From positions 5,769,684 to 5,833,683 of the forward strand of contig MU061814.1 of NCBI GenBank assembly GCA_013265495.1: a DNA stretch of 64,000 nt. The letters run 5' to 3'. The notes beneath the pieces were generated by a model. The model saw nothing but the letters and a program-made list of their open reading frames with translations, made no database searches and was not told the origin of the DNA. The translations under genes were made by a program, and so were the position numbers. Each line of letters starts with the position of its first letter. Within the stretch, counting starts at the first letter, position 1. Positions 48,033-64,000 of the stretch are shown here, piece after piece. Origin of the DNA: Vicugna vicugna. Lineage: Eukaryota.

Positions 48033-50099
48033 AGGCGGGCATGTGGGTGGAGCCCAGCAGGTGCAATGATGTGAGATCCGCCGCCCACTCTGTGCTTGCT
48101 GTGAGCTGGTCCCGCAGACCACAGACAGAGACGGCAGGTGCCTGGCGGATTCCAAGGGGGCACGGGGTGACCTCGGTGAATTTTCATCAACATTCATTAA
48201 GGCAGTGACTTCCACAGGCCCACCTGGAAACCCTAGGACTGAGGGCCGTCTCCCAGGAGGGCCCCTTCCTCCCTCTCCCAGCACACGATCTGTCCATCCT
48301 GAGGGTCTCTCTGGACAGGGCCACCCAGCCACACCAGGGGCACCCATGCAAATGTCCACGACAAGAGGCCACCCGACTCTTCCTCCAACCCAGAGGGGTC
48401 TCTCCTCCCAAGGAGCATCCTTCTCACTCTCTCTGCCATGCTTCCTAAGCTCCCCTCCCTCCAACACCCCCTCTTCCTATGTCTGTTGTCAGCCCCCATC
48501 CCTCACAAGACGGCAGAACCCAGGGAAGTGTGGGACCCCCCATGCATGCTTTAGGGCTACGCAAGGTCTAGGCCTGGGCAGCTGGCTCCCCTGGCCCCTG
48601 GAGAGAAGAAAGGTGCCAGCTACTGGCCCCAGCACACCACCTCCTCCAGGAAGCCCTCCCTGTTTGTCTCTCCCACTTAGCATTTGGCAGGAGCCCAAGT
48701 GGAGCCCACCCCTGGGGGCAGGAACGCAGGAGGCAGCTGGCCTGGGACCGCCACACTGGGCAGGCACCTCCATGGGCGCTACAATCAGGCAACCTACCCT
48801 CACAGGGCCCCACCCAGCCCTCCTGTCCTACACCAGACGTTGGACATCAGTGCATAGAAGCAGGAGGCCTGGAGATCTGCTCAGGGGTCACGGAGGGCAG
48901 GGTTATCCACGCCACAGCCTTGGGACCACTCAGGACAGCATCGGCCAGGGAAAGGAGTGTCAGATTCGAGTCACTGTGCGCTGGCCGTCATGGAGCCCCA
49001 CCTGCTGCTCAGAACTCCCCACCCGCCCATGGGTGCAGGATTACCCAAACTCTCCCCGGCAGGTCCTCACTGTCAAACCAGCCCTCTTCACACCACGTTT
49101 ATTCCAGGGTCTGTGACGTGGGGGCCGGGAACTCGTCCTTCCTCGCAGCAGGAGACCGGGCAGGTGCCTCCATCCGGCACTCCGCCCATTATATACAGCT
49201 CGGGGTGAGGGTGAAACCGTACACATGCCAGTGTTTCTACAAAGGCCTCCCTGCAGCCCTCCACCCTCCGGGGCTTCGGAAGCGTCTGGAAATGTCCCAG
49301 GGCCAAGTTCTGTCCAAACAGCAGGGGCGGGGCACCTGCTTCCCAGGGTGCCCCACAAGCGTGGGGCTGGCAGGAAAGGGGATGCCTTCCCATCCCCTCC
49401 CGTCTTAACACCTCAGATTCGTGAGCGCCGGGGGACCCCAGCCTAGTGCAAGGAGGGGTCAAAATCAACCCATGCGTGAAGGATGTGCAGAGCCACCCGG
49501 CTGGTGCCTGAGCTCCAGGCTGGGGCGTGGGGCGGGGGTGGGGAGAGGCGATGGCTGCCTCTTACTGCTCTGACCAGGTGGCCCCCTCGCGGGGTGGACT
49601 CCCAGAGCCTCTGAACGGGGCTTTGAAGTGACTCTACCCAAAGGACAGCTGTGCCGCTGGGGGTGGGGGCTCCTGTGGGCAGGGGGCAGGCCCGGGAGGA
49701 CCCCCGCCCCCTGGCTGGGGTCCTCCATCCTCCAGAGCTGCCCCAGCTGAGACCATGGCTCGTGATTTCACGTGGACAGAAGAGGGAGATGCGGGGCCGG
49801 TGAAGAGAGAGGCTGCCAAGGCCGGGCTGCAAGGCTAAGGAGGCAGGGACCGCCCTAGCCCAGGCTCTTGGCATCTGGCTGATTCAACACTCCAGACAGC
49901 CACCAGGGCAGCTGAGGGTACGGAGGAGGACAGTGTGGGACCCTGGATGGGCTCTGGTGGACCCTCTGCCAGTGCCGCCCAGAGGCCCCACACAGCAGGG
50001 ACCCTCACCCAGGGCCCAGCGTTTCAGGATCACCTGGGCTCCCGAAGTCATTAATTCTTCTGCCTTAAAGTGGGGGGAGCCAGAGAGAGGTCAGACAAG

Positions 50100-50285
50100 G
50101 GGTGTGTGCACACTTGGGGGCATGTGTGCACGTGCATGTCGGCGTGCACATGTGGTGTGGGGGTGGGTACACACATGCACGCTGCATGTGCAGGCGAATG
50201 CGCACTATGTGTGCCCACGGGTGTGCACACGAGTGTGAGCTGCTGCATGTTTGCAGGCGCGTGTGTGAGCACAGGTGTGTGTAGG
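50100..50285. repeat. Cryptic (TG/CA)n alternating purine-pyrimidine tract
   Basis: gtgtgtgcacac...gtgtgtgagcacaggtgtgt. Confidence 0.8.
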
Positions 50286-52563
50286 GCTTGTTTGGGGGTG
50301 CGACCTCTGGTAGCACACCTGCTCGTCTTGGGAAAGACGTGCCGCGCCAGCCACGGGGCAGTGGTGGGCCCGCAGCCGAGAAAGGGGACCGACTTCCCAG
50401 CGAGCGCCCAGCCTCTTTCCTGAAGCCTACGCTTCCCAAAAGTGGGGCCCCTGGGCAGCGGACAGACGCTGCTCAGGCCTGGGTCCGGGGGCCCCTGAGA
50501 AGAAGCCTGTACCCCATCCTCTCCCCAGACTATACCCCCAAACCATCCCCCAAGCAGACGCAGGCCTCCTGTCCTATAGAGGGGCCAGGATGAACTTCAT
50601 AGCCACCTTGCTGCAGGCAGCATGTCCACAGTCTAGCCTCAGTCCCTCCTGCTGCAACCTTGGAGACCCTCCCGGCAGTGGCCTGGCACCAGCTCCCGGC
50701 TCCATGGCGCTGGGGACAGGAGGCGTGTCGAAGCCGGCTCCTCCGTTGCCAGGGCCCCACGGCACAGGGGTGCCTGGTGCAGGACACAAACCTCTCACCG
50801 GGGGCCAAGGACCCCTCCTACCCGGGCCAGGGGTCCATGCCAGCCAAGGTCTGACACGGACGGGTTGCTGCTGCTGGCAACGTGAATCTCTCCCCCGGGG
50901 CCAGAGAACAGCAGCCGGGGCCGGGGTGAGGTGGGGGCCTCCCCTCCCACAGTGGGAGGGCGAAGGGGGCTCAGACTCCACCCCAGGAGCGGCCCTCTGC
51001 CTGGGCCTCTTCGTGCCAATACTGGGAGGGGCTTTTCTCAGCATTGCAGGGTCTGGGGCTGGAGAAACACTGCCCTCGAGAACGAGGAGGACTCTGAGAG
51101 GGGGACACAGCAGGGGGAGGGGCAGCAGGCGCCCCTCCCCAGGCCACATGGCAGGCTGCACGCCCGATCCCTCTGGGCTGCTGGGAAGGAGGGGGTGCCC
51201 TCACGCTGCGGCCCTGAGCACAGAACACGGGTTCTGAGTCCAAGCCTGGGTCCTCCTGCACTGGGCCCAGCCCACCCTCCAGCTGCCCGGCCAGCAGCCC
51301 CAGCAGAGAGGTGTCCATGGGTGGGACCCTGCATGGCCTGGCCAGGGTGCGGGGCACACGCAGACGCTACAGAAGACACTGCTCCCCAAAGGTCTCAGAG
51401 GGCCAGGACACTGACAGCTGGAGTGGGGATTCCACTCCGTCCCCCATGGTTTGATTCTTGGCTCGAAGCTGCTGCCCCTCAGGCCAAGATGCCCAGGACT
51501 AGAGGGATGGGGATCCCTGCTCCCCAGGGCCCAGTGTGGGGACGGGCTTCTCTGACTCCCAAGACACCAAGAGGTCGCAGCCAAGGGGCTGGTCAGTGGG
51601 GGAGGAGGGGCAGTGGGTGGTGAGCTCCAGCGGGGGCAAGAGAGACACTCTACAAGACAGAGCTGCCTTAATCTCTGGACTGGGGTGGGGGCTCTACTGC
51701 CCTGGGGGTTAGCACACTGCCCAGACCCAGGTCCTGTGAGGGGACTGATGGGGACAGGCAAGGCAGGGTCCTTGGTGAAGGACAGTGCAAATCTGTTCAC
51801 CACGACCTGCCGGGCCCAGGACCCCAGAGCCTGAGCCCCGGCCTGGGGGACCCCACACCCCCACCACATCACTCCTGCATGCAGTCCACACTGCAAGGCT
51901 AGCCACAGCCTGGTGACCAGTGCCCGCTAGGGCAGGGCAGAGAGGACACAGGAGTCTCCTAGAAATAGAAGGGAGCCCCAAACACCCTCTTCCAGGAGCC
52001 TGCAGAGTGGGCCCCTCCCCACAAGAGCCATGTTCGGGAGGTCTGAGGGTCACTCTGTGCACCCATGCGGTGCCCGGCCAGGGTCCTGGACTTGGGACGG
52101 GCTCCCATCACAGAACATTCAGAACCTGGGACAGGGGGACAGGATGACACTGACCAGCAGCTCTGGAGGGACAGCCATGAGGCAAAGGTCATCACCCGAG
52201 CGGTGCTGCCGGCCACACCTCTCCCGAGGCTGCAAGGCCGCGGATCCTCTCGGAGACCCCTCACTGCCACCCTCACCCAGCCCTGCTCCCGGCCCATGCC
52301 TCCACCGGGCCACCAGGGGCTGCCTTCAGCCTTGACCCCAGCCCCTGTCACAGCGGGGCCAGCAGTCTGCAGAGTGGGCACGGCCAGCCTGGCTGCCCCT
52401 TGCTGGAAAAGAATTTTTGCCAACTTGCAGTGTGAGAGACCAAGGGCTGCGCCCACCCACTGCCCCACATGGGCACCCGCACTGCGTTGCTCTAGGAAGA
52501 GGCCCCAGAGGGTCCCTCTAGAGACCCGGCTGCTGGGAGTCAGGGAGAGGCTGGAGGGCAGCC

Positions 52564-63427
<10,864 letters not shown>

Positions 63428-63649
63428 CTGGAAATGAGGAGAGGACAGTTAGTCCCGGGGGCGCCGGCATCCAGGACGTGACCAGAGGGGCCTGCCCGGC
63501 GCGCGGGCAGAGGGCACAGAACCGAGCCACCGACCGACCCAGGGCAGCTCTGGGCTCCGGCCCCACTGGCTCCAGAGTTCGCGTCTGAGTGAGAGCAGCC
63601 GGGAGGCCGTGAAGAAAGTCTTCCCGCTGGCCTGGAAAAGAATAGCCCC

Positions 63650-63693
63650 TATTTTTGGAGGAAAAAAATTCCCTGTTTTTTCCTCCAAAAATA
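63650..63693. repeat. Perfect 18-bp inverted repeat with an 8-nt loop
   Basis: tatttttggaggaaaaaa-attccctg-ttttttcctccaaaaata. Confidence 0.95.
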
Positions 63694-63742
63694 CCTTTTC
63701 CTTCCAGCATGTAACCAGTTTTGGGACCACGTCTTTTAAAAG

Positions 63743-63788
63743 ATGTATTATTTTTTGCTCTATTCATGCCAACAAAAAAATAATACAT
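63743..63788. repeat. Perfect 14-bp inverted repeat with an 18-nt loop
   Basis: atgtattatttttt ... aaaaaataatacat. Confidence 0.9.
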
Positions 63789-64000
63789 GGGCTAAGGCTT
63801 TGCCAGTTCTGGGAAGACAGGACTCCAGAAAGCTCACGTTTTCAGAGGAAAAACGTGCCAGTTTGGCTTCACAAACCAACCCAGCCAGCGGCCCGATCAG
63901 AGCGGCCCCGGCTTACCAGGAGACAGCAGCTGCCTCTACCTGGAGGGAGCCAAGGAGGAGGGGGCTCGGGGCACCTGGACTTGGAGGGACCGCCAAGGTC

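Larger units (their letters stand above)
46060..52563 (-). other. KCNQ2: KCNQ2 long 3'UTR (inferred)
   Basis: Lies between the stop codon and the AATAAA at 46076-46081. Confidence 0.55.

Overview
GC-rich mammalian DNA (a tRNA-derived SINE of camelid type suggests camel or alpaca), syntenic with human 20q13.33. It holds three genes: the 3' collagenous/NC1 end of COL20A1 (+, exons from 1725), the complete six-exon CHRNA4 (-, CDS 22639..11024, 628 aa), and the 3' half of KCNQ2 (-, exons 12, 13, 14, 15, 15a, 16, 17 plus a ~6.5 kb 3'UTR ending near 46060). Decayed L1, L2, MIR and MLT1 elements, minisatellites and three N-gaps are also present. Most long six-frame ORFs are GC-rich noise. Top finding: CHRNA4 exon 5 carries an alpha2 (CHRNA2)-type patch over the beta8-beta9 loop and loop C, flanked by alpha4-type sequence and next to an in-frame 138-N gap. 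This is either interparalog gene conversion or an assembly chimera, and it changes key ligand-site residues. Other findings: a frameshifted and splice-damaged COL20A1 tail; two in-frame uORFs in the CHRNA4 leader; RE1, octamer, RFX and CTCF motifs; an RBFOX/UG cluster around a GC-AG intron and exon 15a of KCNQ2; a sense (GGGGCC)4 repeat; twin perfect hairpins upstream of KCNQ2 exon 12; and patchy GC-biased rewriting of an L1. All orthologue and repeat-consensus comparisons are from memory and need confirmation by alignment.
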